DNA of 64,000 nucleotides, taken from contig JBHLJY010000002.1 of NCBI GenBank assembly GCA_048887225.1, forward strand, positions 32,001 to 96,000, written 5' to 3'. The position numbers were made by a program, and so were the translations under genes. The DNA is from Candidatus Hodarchaeota archaeon (lineage in GTDB: Archaea; Asgardarchaeota; Lokiarchaeia; Sigyniarchaeales; SOKP01). The number at the start of each line of letters is the position of its first letter. Position 1 is the stretch's first letter. Under the pieces are notes generated by a model, which saw only the letters and a list, made by a program, of their open reading frames with translations, was not told the DNA's origin and ran no database searches. Shown piece by piece: positions 40,392 through 51,304 of the stretch.

Positions 40392-41687
40392 TCAAGACAG
40401 TATAATTTTAGGATCTTTTACAGTGTCCCAATTAACAGCAAATAAAAAGTCTCTGCTAGGTTCATTTTTATATATTAGTGGAAAATTTCCAAGTTCTTCA
40501 AATTTGAAAGCAATTTTCTCTAGAAACTCATAATCAGGGAAGAAATAATTAACAGGCTTTTTGCTTTTCAAACGGTCTTTTATTAATAATGCTTTAGCTT
40601 GTAAGGTGAATCCTTTGATTTCAAAGAAGTTGGGGTTTGCTTTTTCAATAATTTTAATATAATCATTTATTAGATTTTCATCAAAATTAACATTAAGGTC
40701 TTTTACAGCAGTTAATCTCACGAGAGTCCTACAAGAAAGTGATTCAATTATATCCAAGGATTCTTGAATTTTAGACCATCCATTTTTAATCATTGGACGG
40801 CAAATTTGTTTGTAATTTTTTTCGTTCGAAGCTGGTAGTGTAATATATAATTGAGAGGGTAATGGATTTAAGGATTTTATTTTTTCTGGTAGAGTTCCAT
40901 TTGTCACGATAAATATAGTCATTTTTCGACTTTTAAACTCTTCAACGAGATCGGATATTCTAGGATACAACATTGGTTCACCATCAAGAGAAATAGCTGC
41001 GTGATTTGGATTCATTGCTTCACCATGCGCTTGCATAATCTCATCTGGAGTTGTTAATTCACGATGGACTAAGTTTTGAATTTCGTCTTTTGAATGAATA
41101 CAACGTTCAATATCTTTATCAAGTTTAAATTTTTTAAAAGTACTGCCGATAGGATGAATAAATTTTTGATTTTTTAATAAAGTTAATGCTCGTTCAATTT
41201 TATTTTTACTAATATTAATCTTTTTAGATAAATGATTGATATTATGGTGATCTCCATTTTTAAGCATAAAATAAAGAATGTCATTCATAATTTCGTAATT
41301 ATCTAAATATTTTCTTAAAGATAAATGATTTTGGATGATATCTTGTTGATGTCGGATCATTTCATTAACCAAATCTTTAGGTTCATCGGGCTCAACGATA
41401 AATTCGCTTCCAAGACCTCCAATTTCAATATCTCGCCAACAAAAAACACATTGATGATTGCAAAAAGGTAAAGAGGGAGTATTTTGAAGGCACCTATGAC
41501 TTTGAATTCCAAAAACACCTTTGTAGCAGTTTCGATTGTCTCTCCCTGTCATCAATTTTTGTTCGAGCCAATGACAAGGTTTTACAGCTGAATGCTTATT
41601 ATTTCCGATAATTCTATAAGTTGTTTTCGTATAAATTTCAATAAATTCATTTGTAATGTTATTATCAACAATAAATTCCTTATTCAT
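40392..41687 (-). CDS. taw1: 4-demethylwyosine synthase (Taw1/TYW1) radical SAM enzyme with internal insertion
   Basis: HSAVKPCHW, CYK, SHRCLQ, CNHQCVFCWR, HAAISLDGEP, VTNG. Confidence 0.9.
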   Translation of the reverse strand: MNKEFIVDNNITNEFIEIYTKTTYRIIGNNKHSAVKPCHWLEQKLMTGRDNRNCYKGVFGIQSHRCLQNTPSLPFCNHQCVFCWRDIEIGGLGSEFIVEPDEPKDLVNEMIRHQQDIIQNHLSLRKYLDNYEIMNDILYFMLKNGDHHNINHLSKKINISKNKIERALTLLKNQKFIHPIGSTFKKFKLDKDIERCIHSKDEIQNLVHRELTTPDEIMQAHGEAMNPNHAAISLDGEPMLYPRISDLVEEFKSRKMTIFIVTNGTLPEKIKSLNPLPSQLYITLPASNEKNYKQICRPMIKNGWSKIQESLDIIESLSCRTLVRLTAVKDLNVNFDENLINDYIKIIEKANPNFFEIKGFTLQAKALLIKDRLKSKKPVNYFFPDYEFLEKIAFKFEELGNFPLIYKNEPSRDFLFAVNWDTVKDPKIILS

Positions 41688-41829
41688 TAAAGGTAACCAA
41701 TCTTTGCTCTAATTTTCTCACTATTTAACATCTAATAATAAATGTATTTCATGTTAGTAAATAAAAAATACGATTAAAAATTATAAGTTTTGAAATAATT
41801 AAGGTGTATGTTATAAATTATAAATAAAA

Positions 41830-42717
41830 TTGTTTAAAATGTTAAATAGGATAAAGTCGGATTTGTTAAACCTCAGATTAAAATTTATGAGTGTAGACGA
41901 GAAAATAGTAAGATTATTTTTAGAGACAAAGCCGTCTAACGTTAACGAAATTGTAATTTTACCGGCAGTTAAGATAGTAATGATAAAATTGATAAATAAA
42001 CTTCGAAACAAAAGAGTTCGTGGCAGAGTGTATAATGGACTATTAAATGGAGTTAATGTAAGTATAATCAGATCTTTAGTAGGTTGTCCTAACTGTGCTA
42101 TTACTGTAGAAAGTTTAAAAAGATGTAAAATAAAAGCAATCTTAAGAGTTGATTTTTGTGGGGGCATTAACAACTTGGGCAATCAAATTGAAATAGGAGA
42201 TATTTTAATCCCAAGATTAGCATATTGCGGTGATGGGACGAGTTTACATTATATTCTTAAACATCCTGAGTTAAATAATAAAATAAAGTCAATTTCAAAT
42301 CCCATTTCGAAAGTTCAAGAGTTTGAATCGGTTAATCAAAAAGTATTCATTACTAAGCCCAATACTCAATTAAAAGAACTTATATTTAATGAAGCTAAAT
42401 CTAAAATTAGTAAAAAAGTTAAAGAGGTTGATTTTTGGACAACCGATGCCTTATTTTGTGAAACCCCGAATTTTTTAGCTGCTTTAAAATCTATAAATGT
42501 GAGAGGGATCGATATGGAATCTTCAATATTGTTTCTTTTAGGTGTTCTTTTTAATATAAGCACAGCTGCAATTCTTTCAGTTTCAGATTTACCAGGGCAT
42601 CATAAATATGATATCTTTAAATCAAAAGAAATTCACCCTAATGTGGAAAATGGGATTAATAAAGCAATTGAAATAGTTATTAGTTCATTGCCTAAAATTA
42701 AATCAGCATTAAAATGA
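41830..42717 (+). CDS. Purine/uridine nucleoside phosphorylase family protein
   Basis: VGCPNCAITVE, RVDFCGGI, IGDILIP, WTTDALFCET, GIDMES, SVSD. Confidence 0.82.
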   Translation: MFKMLNRIKSDLLNLRLKFMSVDEKIVRLFLETKPSNVNEIVILPAVKIVMIKLINKLRNKRVRGRVYNGLLNGVNVSIIRSLVGCPNCAITVESLKRCKIKAILRVDFCGGINNLGNQIEIGDILIPRLAYCGDGTSLHYILKHPELNNKIKSISNPISKVQEFESVNQKVFITKPNTQLKELIFNEAKSKISKKVKEVDFWTTDALFCETPNFLAALKSINVRGIDMESSILFLLGVLFNISTAAILSVSDLPGHHKYDIFKSKEIHPNVENGINKAIEIVISSLPKIKSALK

Positions 42718-42772
42718 AGTAATATTATGAAGGATAACTTAATCAACAAAAAACCAAGAGAATAATAAAAAT

Positions 42773-44167
42773 ATGATAAGTGAAGAATACGACGTAATAT
42801 CTAAACAAGGAGAAGTCTTAAAAAAGATAAATAAAATAATTGGGAAACCCCTACCTAGTCTTGATGAGCGTGGAATCCCTGCATTTGGAGTTAAAATTGA
42901 TGATGAAAATGTTGTTAGTTTATGGTTAGAAAGATGTGATTTAATAAAATTTCCCGAGCCAATTTTAAAACTCGAAACACTCAAAGAATTGTATTTGAAT
43001 TATAATAAATTAACCACACTCCCAGATTCCTTTGATAACTTACAATCACTCGTGAAATTAAATTTAAGATGGAATCTTTTAAATCAACTTCCAAAAACTT
43101 TTGGAAACCTAGCTTTACTTGAAGAATTAGAATTAGACACAAACAAATTAACAACTCTACCAGAATCCTTTGGAAATTTAAGCTCTCTTCAGGAACTGAT
43201 ATTAAGAAATAATCAATTTGAGACTCTTCCAGAAACTTTTGGCAACCTTAAATCCATTAAAGTTTTATATTTAAGTAAAAATAAAATTAAAGTTTTCCCT
43301 GATTCTGTTTGTAATTTAAAATCCCTTGAAGGACTATATTTGGATCATAATAATTTATCAAGCCTTCCTAGCATAATTGGTAATTTGAGCTCACTTCAAA
43401 TTCTATCAATAGCCGGTAATAACCTTGAAACCCTTCCCGAGGAGATTCTCAAACCTTTATTCAATCTAAAATCATTACAAGTATTAGATTTTAGTCATAA
43501 TCAATTAAAAACACTTCCAAAGGCCATTGGAGACTTACCTAATCTTACTGTACTAAGATTAAGAGATAATCAGTTAAAAGCCCTCCCGGAATCATTTGGA
43601 AAATTAAAATCGTTACAATCATTAGATATAAGCAAAAATAAATTTAAGGAGCTTCCTGAACCAATTCTAGAATTATCAAATCTAGAACGACTATATGCTG
43701 AAAACAATGAAATATCAAGGCTTCCAGAATCATTTGGCAATCTCAGTTCGCTTCAGCAGTTATATTTTGAAAGTAATCAGATAAGAGAACTACCAAAATC
43801 ATTTGGCGATCTTAATAGGCTCCAACAAATTTTTTTAGTAGATAATCAGTTATTAACCCTCCCAGCGTCTATTGGAAATCTTAAGTCGCTTAGAATATTA
43901 GATTTAAGGAATAATCAGTTAACTTCGCTTCCGAATTCAATTGGAAATTTACAATCCCTTGAAGAATTGGATCTAAGACATAATGAATTCATTACAATCC
44001 CACCTATCATTCGGAAATTGAAAAATGTAAGGCAATACTTCTTGAAATTAGAAGGAAATCCATTTAATATACAATCAGCGAGAATGATAAGCAAGGACGT
44101 TAAATCGATTCGCGAATTTCTAAAAATGAAAGATAAATTAAACGGCATAGTGAAAAAATCGAAATAA
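42773..44167 (+). CDS. Leucine-rich repeat protein (about 15 repeats of ~23 aa)
   Basis: Repeated LxxLxLxxNxLxxLPxSFGNL. Confidence 0.95.
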   Translation: MISEEYDVISKQGEVLKKINKIIGKPLPSLDERGIPAFGVKIDDENVVSLWLERCDLIKFPEPILKLETLKELYLNYNKLTTLPDSFDNLQSLVKLNLRWNLLNQLPKTFGNLALLEELELDTNKLTTLPESFGNLSSLQELILRNNQFETLPETFGNLKSIKVLYLSKNKIKVFPDSVCNLKSLEGLYLDHNNLSSLPSIIGNLSSLQILSIAGNNLETLPEEILKPLFNLKSLQVLDFSHNQLKTLPKAIGDLPNLTVLRLRDNQLKALPESFGKLKSLQSLDISKNKFKELPEPILELSNLERLYAENNEISRLPESFGNLSSLQQLYFESNQIRELPKSFGDLNRLQQIFLVDNQLLTLPASIGNLKSLRILDLRNNQLTSLPNSIGNLQSLEELDLRHNEFITIPPIIRKLKNVRQYFLKLEGNPFNIQSARMISKDVKSIREFLKMKDKLNGIVKKSK

Positions 44168-44175
44168 CATGGATA

Positions 44176-45093
44176 TTAAAGTCCTTGTAAAAGTTTAGAA
44201 AAATCGGGTTCTTTAAAAATCTCATTGTATTTTTTTAACAGTTCTATATTTACCAAGTGTATTTTTTTACCAGATTGGTTTTTCATCGTTTTTAATAAAT
44301 TTAAATCTTTTAACTTTTTGACATGATATTGAATTGTACCTGAATAAATATCAAGTTCTTCTCCAATTTTTGATATTGGGATAGTTTCGTCTTTAAAGAT
44401 TTTTTGAATAACTTTTGGCATTAGAGGATTTAAAAAAATAACCTTATACCTATCTAAAGCATTGATTTCAGGAACATCTGAAGCAAAATAATGAAGCGCT
44501 TTTCCAATTTTTTTAGATCTTATTAATCTAAACCTCTCTAAAGTCATTATATGTTTTAAAAATGGTGTACGAGTTAAATTTAACTCGTTTTCAATTTTTT
44601 CATCTCTTGCGTGGATGCCTGGGTATTCTTTAATAAAATTGAGTATATTCATTAACTTTTCGTTTTCAAGAATCTCTAATTTCGTCCTTCTTTCATTTGT
44701 AACAATCCAATTCTTTTCTTCTAAGCTACGAATACCAAGAAAAATATCTTCTTTACTATAACCTTTTTGATAAGAGAGTTTCGCTATACATTTGGAATAT
44801 AATTTTTCGATAATTGGAAATTTCTGTATTTGGGACTTTGATTCAATTTCAAATCCTGCATTAAACCGCTTCAATTTTAATATGTCTCGAGCAATTTGTA
44901 GAACATCGTTTTCAATTTGAGTTAATTCTTCATCTATTCTCGCTCTTTTATAACTTATTTCAGACGGTTTTGTAACCTTTTCTATCTTATCAATTTTTTG
45001 TAAAGGAGTAAAATCAGTACGCCTAAATGAACTTTCCTCTAATTTTTTTTCATTTTCCTTATTCTTGGTATCTCTTTTTTTTTCACGAGACAT
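44176..45093 (-). CDS. Tandem winged-helix DNA-binding protein
   Basis: ILNFIKEYPGIH..KHIMTLERFRLI and ISKIGEELDIYSGTIQYHVKKL. Confidence 0.75.
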   Translation of the reverse strand: MSREKKRDTKNKENEKKLEESSFRRTDFTPLQKIDKIEKVTKPSEISYKRARIDEELTQIENDVLQIARDILKLKRFNAGFEIESKSQIQKFPIIEKLYSKCIAKLSYQKGYSKEDIFLGIRSLEEKNWIVTNERRTKLEILENEKLMNILNFIKEYPGIHARDEKIENELNLTRTPFLKHIMTLERFRLIRSKKIGKALHYFASDVPEINALDRYKVIFLNPLMPKVIQKIFKDETIPISKIGEELDIYSGTIQYHVKKLKDLNLLKTMKNQSGKKIHLVNIELLKKYNEIFKEPDFSKLLQGL

Positions 45094-45148
45094 ATTTTAT
45101 ATAGAATTTAATTTCATTTAGGCTAAATAATTAATAGAGTAAGTATTA

Positions 45149-45652
45149 TTATTTCTTTACTATTGTGTGCCAATCTATCCTTTTTACAGTGGAATGAAGC
45201 AGATGATCATCATCAACTATATTATATGTTAGATTAGTAAAAAGTTGCTTTGCAAGTGCGCGAGTTTGTTTAATTGGAATAATTTTATCGAATTTTCCAT
45301 GAAAAACTATAACAGGGACATTCACAGGAGAAAATCTAGTAAGATTTAATATTGGAAATGCTAATGCAGGAGCAAGAAGTATTAAACGCATAACTTTTTC
45401 TGGAAATTGGCAAGTATACAAAGCACCCATGAGACCTCCAAAAGAAGAAGAAATAATTACCCAAGATTTTTTTTCTCTCAAAATGGATATTAATTGAGCC
45501 ATTCTTTCTTCCAACAATTTCTTATGTGAAGTTGTATCAGAATATTTTTTGAAATCTGGTGTAAGACATCCTGGTAATACTTTTCTCAATAATTGAGCTT
45601 TAAATCCTTGGCCAGAACTCCCAAGACCATGAATATAAATAATGTTTGGCAT
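45149..45652 (-). CDS. Alpha/beta hydrolase (YqiA-like esterase)
   Basis: YIHGLGSS, SSFGG nucleophile elbow, LLAPA, HGKFDKIIP, DDDHLL. Confidence 0.85.
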   Translation of the reverse strand: MPNIIYIHGLGSSGQGFKAQLLRKVLPGCLTPDFKKYSDTTSHKKLLEERMAQLISILREKKSWVIISSSFGGLMGALYTCQFPEKVMRLILLAPALAFPILNLTRFSPVNVPVIVFHGKFDKIIPIKQTRALAKQLFTNLTYNIVDDDHLLHSTVKRIDWHTIVKK

Positions 45653-45685
45653 ATTTACTTTAATATTTTATATCTAAATAATTTA

Positions 45686-46726
45686 TTATTCTAAATATTC
45701 TTGACCATAACCACGTCGTTGTCCAAAATAAATTAGTATTCCTACAATGCTAAAATAGAATATAACCAACAAAATCATTAGAAAATAATATTCTCTTGTA
45801 AAAGACATTAAATGTAGAGCACTACCAATAACAAATCCAGTAAGTAATCTAGATTGCGTCGTACTTTTTCTTAATGTTAATCTCTGGGTGCCCCAATCAA
45901 TTAATCCTGGTATTGGCAAAAGCACACATAATAAAACAGCGAGCTCAGGGATTATTACGGTATTATATATTTTTTCCATTAAATGTGTAAAAAAAAATGC
46001 CATGATTCCTCCAAGTATTACACCTGAACATCTCGAACAAAAATAAATATAGGTTCTGCCAAATTTTAAAAAAAATGTGTGATCACTCTGAGAGACAGTA
46101 TGATGAGTTAATAGCATATAATAGAGGTGTTTTTCATTCGTAGCAAGAGTTTTATCATAGAGAAAAAGAAGGATTGGATTCATTAAAATCACTATAAATG
46201 CGTTAATAAGAAAATTTAATCCATAATTTATTATAATTGATTGAAAATGACTAGAAAATAGGATTATTTGAAGAAATATTATAAGAAAAATTGTAAAAAG
46301 AGAAGAAAGAAATATAATTATAGTTGTATAACCTAAATTCCTTAAATTCTGATATTTTAAAGGTTTATATTTCCATATACCACTTAAAAATCCCCAAATT
46401 GCAACTATCAAACTCCAATGAATATAGATCATATCGTAATAGGCCAATTGGTAAAGAGATTCTCCTATAAATCCTGCAATAAAACCGTGATACTTACCTG
46501 CTAACACAGAAAAAAAAGTGAATATCAATAAAGTAACTCCGAAATTTATAAACCATTCAGAATTTTTTAAAAAAATCGTTGAAATTGAGCCAAAAAATTC
46601 TGCTACATAGAAATAACACATTACGATAAATGCGCTTATAAATAAATTCAAAAATATAGTTCTTAAAAGGTTTTTTTTTTCTTTTTCTGAGTTTTTTACT
46701 AAGTGAAAACCTGAATTTTCTTCCAT
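45686..46726 (-). CDS. Membrane protein: ECF S-component-like N-terminus fused to DUF2085-like domain
   Basis: GFIAGFIGE TM bundle; HH..SDHTF..FCSRCSG, IDWGTQ, RLLTG. Confidence 0.65.
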   Translation of the reverse strand: MEENSGFHLVKNSEKEKKNLLRTIFLNLFISAFIVMCYFYVAEFFGSISTIFLKNSEWFINFGVTLLIFTFFSVLAGKYHGFIAGFIGESLYQLAYYDMIYIHWSLIVAIWGFLSGIWKYKPLKYQNLRNLGYTTIIIFLSSLFTIFLIIFLQIILFSSHFQSIIINYGLNFLINAFIVILMNPILLFLYDKTLATNEKHLYYMLLTHHTVSQSDHTFFLKFGRTYIYFCSRCSGVILGGIMAFFFTHLMEKIYNTVIIPELAVLLCVLLPIPGLIDWGTQRLTLRKSTTQSRLLTGFVIGSALHLMSFTREYYFLMILLVIFYFSIVGILIYFGQRRGYGQEYLE

Positions 46727-46758
46727 ATATTACTATTAATTTTCCCAAAAAGAAATAG

Positions 46759-47427
46759 TTATTTAAATATATTATCAAGACGTCGAATTAATTCTGCTTT
46801 TGTGTGTTCAAATCCTTTTCTAAGTGCTTTTACAATTATATTTTTACCCGTAGGTATCTTTAAAATAAGGGGATCTTTTTCAACAACATTGATACCCTCT
46901 TCGTTAAAATCCAGTTGTCGCATTAATGATTTAAGAGCTTTTTCTTTCGTTTTAAATACCATTCTGACTAAATCGTCATATGTTGAAGCTTCTTCTTTAA
47001 CATTCAACATCATTATCGCTTCTTGAACTTGACTTACAAAAGTTTCTTTTGTTATCTCTTTTAATTTTTTAAAATTCTTATGGTTAGATTTACACTGCCT
47101 GTATGTTTGATCTCCTTCTAAATATTCTGGAAAAAATTCTTCAATAGTTTTATCAAAATTTTCATCTGCTATACCGTTATTTAATATTAATTGTGCGCAA
47201 TCCAAAGTTATTTTTATTTGTTTTAAAGTCCCTATGCGAGCATCGTGATCGGACCAATATTTGTAGAAAGTCTTGACTATTGGTTTTACAATAAAATTAA
47301 GAAAACCAGCATCCAGTTCTGAATCAATTAATTGTTTACCATAATCCAATGCTTCTTCCATTTGATTAGTCATTTTTTTTTCAACAATTCGATAATTTCT
47401 TTCCATGTAATCCAATGTTATCACCAA
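46759..47427 (-). CDS. Hypothetical helical protein
   Basis: 222-aa ORF with normal composition; no recognised motif. Confidence 0.7.
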   Translation of the reverse strand: MVITLDYMERNYRIVEKKMTNQMEEALDYGKQLIDSELDAGFLNFIVKPIVKTFYKYWSDHDARIGTLKQIKITLDCAQLILNNGIADENFDKTIEEFFPEYLEGDQTYRQCKSNHKNFKKLKEITKETFVSQVQEAIMMLNVKEEASTYDDLVRMVFKTKEKALKSLMRQLDFNEEGINVVEKDPLILKIPTGKNIIVKALRKGFEHTKAELIRRLDNIFK

Positions 47428-47575
47428 AATTTTAATGAATGCTAAATTTTACTTCTTCACTCGATTTAATTTAGTTAATTTAATAAATTAAATGAATTAA
47501 TTTATTTTATGAAGAGAAAAGAATTTAAATGATTTCATAAAACTAATAATTTTAAAGATTTTAAGTGATAACTAA

Positions 47576-50500
47576 TTGCGATATGTGTTTAAAGTTCTAG
47601 TAATGGGGGAGTCAGAATCGGCATATGAATATGTAGTAAGAGCGTTTCAAGAAGTAGGTGAAGATAAACAAGTTTATAATGAGTTTTATAAAGAAATCAA
47701 CGCTTTGGAAGATATTTGCGATTTAGAGGTGGATGTATTAACAGATATTATTTCCGCAGATTATGATGAAATTATTCCAACTGTGGATGGAATAATATAC
47801 CTTATGAATCCTCTAAACATTGATGAGTTTGAATTTTTTGAAATGAGTTTACCCATAATAAATTCAGTAAAAAGGAATATCCCGATAGTTATTATTTTTT
47901 ATGATAAACATGGAATCCTTCCTTTGATTACAAATAAAATTTTAGAAAGCGTTTGGTTAAATTATCCTGAACTTGAAGCATTTATGAATCTTAACCCCGA
48001 AAAATTTCATCAAGCGCTTGAATGTCTTTGCTTAGCGATGATTGCTGGAGATACTCCATTAAATTTTGAAAATGCATGGTTGAGATTTCCTATATTTATA
48101 GAGTTAGCGAATCAATATTTTAAAGAACAAAATTATTATTATGCTGCCCAAGCTATGAAAAATGCAGCAACGATTTCAGAGATTTATAATAACAATGAAT
48201 TTTTTATTTACTGCGAGCAAGTTGCCTTTACTTTTTCAAAGATCAACCTTTATTTAGAAGCTTCAAAAATTTTTAATAGATTTGATAAAAAGAAATCAAT
48301 TGATTTCCAAAAATTATATCATAAAGCGATGCTAATAGAAGGTAATAAGCTATTTAATAAAGGAAATTATGAACTTGCCGCCTCACAATACGAGACCGCC
48401 GCTCAATGGGCATCAATTGAACTAGAAGATAAAGAATTAGTTAATGAATCTTTTAAGTTAGCGATAAATTCTTGGATTTCTGCTTGTAAAGTTGAAAATG
48501 CATTTATAATTCTTGAAAAGTTACGTCATAAAGAAATTGGTGCAGTATTAATTGAAGTTTCAGATAAAATTGTTGACGCAGCGGAATTTTTAACGTCAAA
48601 AGGAACTATAGAAGCTGCAAGAGACCAATTATATTATAGTATAAATACTTATCAACGAGAAGGACTTTTCGACGAGTTAAAAAAATTTTCTACTAAGTTA
48701 GTAAATATATTAATAACAATACTAGACGGGAAAATCAATGAAAACGATTTATATGCCGCTAAAAAGGCATACGACGAGATTGAAAATCTATGGGAGGCTT
48801 ATGAGTTAGAAAAAGTCAATGTTGATAATAAATTAGAGAAATTAATTAAACTCCTCTTAAAAGAATTGAATTTTGGTATGGCTACAATTTTGATCAATAA
48901 ATTAAATTCTTTAAATTTAAAGAAAAAATTAACCGAATATAGTATAAAAATAGAAGAAAAGAATAAGCAATTAAAAAAGAGAGAGTTTGAAGAATATGTT
49001 CAACAAGGGGTAGAAATATTACAAGAATTTATTGAAACTGAAAAAAGTATTATTGCTGAGATTAATTCTCAAAAAATAGAAGAATCTAAAGATTATATTA
49101 AGAAAGGCGATTTTTTTAATGCTGCTAAAATCGTAAAAAATCATTCTGTTTTTCTCAAAAATATTGGTAAAGAAGAGATTGGAAATCTAATTTTAATTAA
49201 ATCTTTAGACATATTAATTGAAGGGAATTTATTTGACACTTTCTTTAAATACTACTCTGATTTAACATTAGATACTAAGAAAAGATACTTAATAAGAATT
49301 TATCCACTTTTCATTGAAAAATTGAAAGAATTGACAAAAGAAAAGAATTACAGTAAGAAGGAAAAAATATTTGAGATGTCAAATAAACTGTTTAGAAACG
49401 AAATGTTATATCAAGAATCTAAAGAAATTAATAAATTATTCATAAAAGAAATCAAAAAAGAAGCTTTAAAAATCATAGAAAATGAAAAAGATTTGCAAGG
49501 AATTGAAAAATCAACGGAATTGATAAAAAAAATTAACAGAATAGCATCAGCTTATTTAGATAAAGATAAGGTTAAATTTAAAATTACTTTAGATAAAATC
49601 TATAAAGAGATTGCTGAAACTTATATTTCTTTAGAAGATTTCTCCTCTGCACAAGCTTATACAGACAAAATTGAAAATAAAATGTTTAAAAGCGAAATAC
49701 ACAAGAAACTTGCTAAATTCGAGGCTAGCAAAGAGGCAATTAGATCTAAAGAGGCTGAAGAATCATTTAAAGCCGAAGTTTTAAAAGAGAGGTTATCATT
49801 TATAAAGAAAAAAGGAAAAGATGCAAAACACGATCAAAAAAATGAATTGAGACAAAGAAGTGGTTTAAAACGAATTTATTTCAATGACGCTTTAGAATTT
49901 GTAAAAACACAAAAATTTGATAAAGCAATTTCTTCTTATAGAGAAAGCATAATCAAATTAAACAATATTAAAAAATACAATTTAGCTGGGGTATCCTTAG
50001 CAATTGCGTCCTTATTGTTAATAAAAGAAGACAGGATAAATGAGCTGGAAAAATTAATAAAAAATATAAAAGAAAAATTATCTAGTTCTGAAAAACTGTT
50101 TTCCGAGACGTTCCCTGTCACTCTTATAGAATACATCATAGATATGAAAAAAATTAAAGATGAACCAAAATTAAAAGAAGCTCTATCTTATTTAGAGTAT
50201 TTGCCTCTGTTTGAAGAAGAAATATTAATACTTTACGATTATCTGGGTAAAGAAATTGAAAAAGAAGAGAAAATTGAGACACTATCGTTTGATTCTAGTA
50301 ATATAGCCAAATTCAGAAGCGAAATTAATAAAATAGCAAAAAAGATTGAAAAAGAAAAACAAGATATTGCGAAAAGAAAAGTTATGAAACGAGATTATTG
50401 GAACAAAGCTTTAGAAGAATTAAATAAAAATAATTTTCGCGAAGCTTCTAAGATTTATTTCACTGTCGTTCAAAAACTTATAGATAAAAAATTTCTGAAA

Positions 50501-51304
50501 TATGCAGCAGTAAATTTAATTTTAGGAACTTTAATTCAAATTTACGAGATGAATGTTCAATTAGCCAAATCTAAATTTGAGGATACTATAAATAAGACTT
50601 GGAAAATTAAAGCTGAAGTGGAATCTTTACCGGAAATTCAAATTATGAAATATATATTCATGGCTTATGAAAATGATTTGCAAGATTTAATTCAATTAAT
50701 TCTCAATCATCTTATTGAAAAACTAATTCTTTTTGAACCAGAGATTATATTTATCAGAACTCTTTTAGGAGAAGAAATAGTTAAAGAAGAGATAGAAGAA
50801 CCCCTCTCAATAAAAACGCCAGAAGAAATGAAAATAGAGTTAGATCAAACAATTAGTAATCTTCAGCAAAAATTTGGTGATATTAAAAGAGATTTCAACG
50901 ACTTTTTTACGAAAAGAAAAGCTATGAAAAGACGATATTACAATGATATTTTAGCATTACTAAAAGATCATTCTTTTAAAGAAGCAGCTAATAAATATTT
51001 GGAATTGGCCAAAATTTTATTGAAGAGGAAAGATTATGAAAATACGTCCTTTGTTCTTCTTTTATATGGTTTGTCTCTGTTAAAAAGTGGAGAATCTCCT
51101 GAACAAATTAAAAATGGAATTACAAAATTCTTACAAAATATAGGATTAAGCGAAAAAATTCTTAAAGAAACTTTCTACATTACATTTCTGTTCTTCTTTA
51201 TTGAAGTAAAAATATATGAAATAAAGGAATATAATCCAAATATTAAGAAAATCTTAGATTTGTTGCCATTATTCGATGATGAAAAAGAGTTAATTAATAC
51301 ATAA
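47576..51304 (+). CDS. Large alpha-solenoid (TPR/SNAP-like) protein with degenerate GTPase-like N-terminal domain
   Basis: YVFKVLVMG..DGIIYLMN..IPIVII without GKT; helical repeats (AASQYETAAQW); three C-terminal repeats. Confidence 0.7.
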   Translation: MRYVFKVLVMGESESAYEYVVRAFQEVGEDKQVYNEFYKEINALEDICDLEVDVLTDIISADYDEIIPTVDGIIYLMNPLNIDEFEFFEMSLPIINSVKRNIPIVIIFYDKHGILPLITNKILESVWLNYPELEAFMNLNPEKFHQALECLCLAMIAGDTPLNFENAWLRFPIFIELANQYFKEQNYYYAAQAMKNAATISEIYNNNEFFIYCEQVAFTFSKINLYLEASKIFNRFDKKKSIDFQKLYHKAMLIEGNKLFNKGNYELAASQYETAAQWASIELEDKELVNESFKLAINSWISACKVENAFIILEKLRHKEIGAVLIEVSDKIVDAAEFLTSKGTIEAARDQLYYSINTYQREGLFDELKKFSTKLVNILITILDGKINENDLYAAKKAYDEIENLWEAYELEKVNVDNKLEKLIKLLLKELNFGMATILINKLNSLNLKKKLTEYSIKIEEKNKQLKKREFEEYVQQGVEILQEFIETEKSIIAEINSQKIEESKDYIKKGDFFNAAKIVKNHSVFLKNIGKEEIGNLILIKSLDILIEGNLFDTFFKYYSDLTLDTKKRYLIRIYPLFIEKLKELTKEKNYSKKEKIFEMSNKLFRNEMLYQESKEINKLFIKEIKKEALKIIENEKDLQGIEKSTELIKKINRIASAYLDKDKVKFKITLDKIYKEIAETYISLEDFSSAQAYTDKIENKMFKSEIHKKLAKFEASKEAIRSKEAEESFKAEVLKERLSFIKKKGKDAKHDQKNELRQRSGLKRIYFNDALEFVKTQKFDKAISSYRESIIKLNNIKKYNLAGVSLAIASLLLIKEDRINELEKLIKNIKEKLSSSEKLFSETFPVTLIEYIIDMKKIKDEPKLKEALSYLEYLPLFEEEILILYDYLGKEIEKEEKIETLSFDSSNIAKFRSEINKIAKKIEKEKQDIAKRKVMKRDYWNKALEELNKNNFREASKIYFTVVQKLIDKKFLKYAAVNLILGTLIQIYEMNVQLAKSKFEDTINKTWKIKAEVESLPEIQIMKYIFMAYENDLQDLIQLILNHLIEKLILFEPEIIFIRTLLGEEIVKEEIEEPLSIKTPEEMKIELDQTISNLQQKFGDIKRDFNDFFTKRKAMKRRYYNDILALLKDHSFKEAANKYLELAKILLKRKDYENTSFVLLLYGLSLLKSGESPEQIKNGITKFLQNIGLSEKILKETFYITFLFFFIEVKIYEIKEYNPNIKKILDLLPLFDDEKELINT

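Noticed and set aside
42773-44167. LRR nucleotide repeats as a DNA repeat element
   Set aside because: Fully explained by the protein's leucine-rich repeats.
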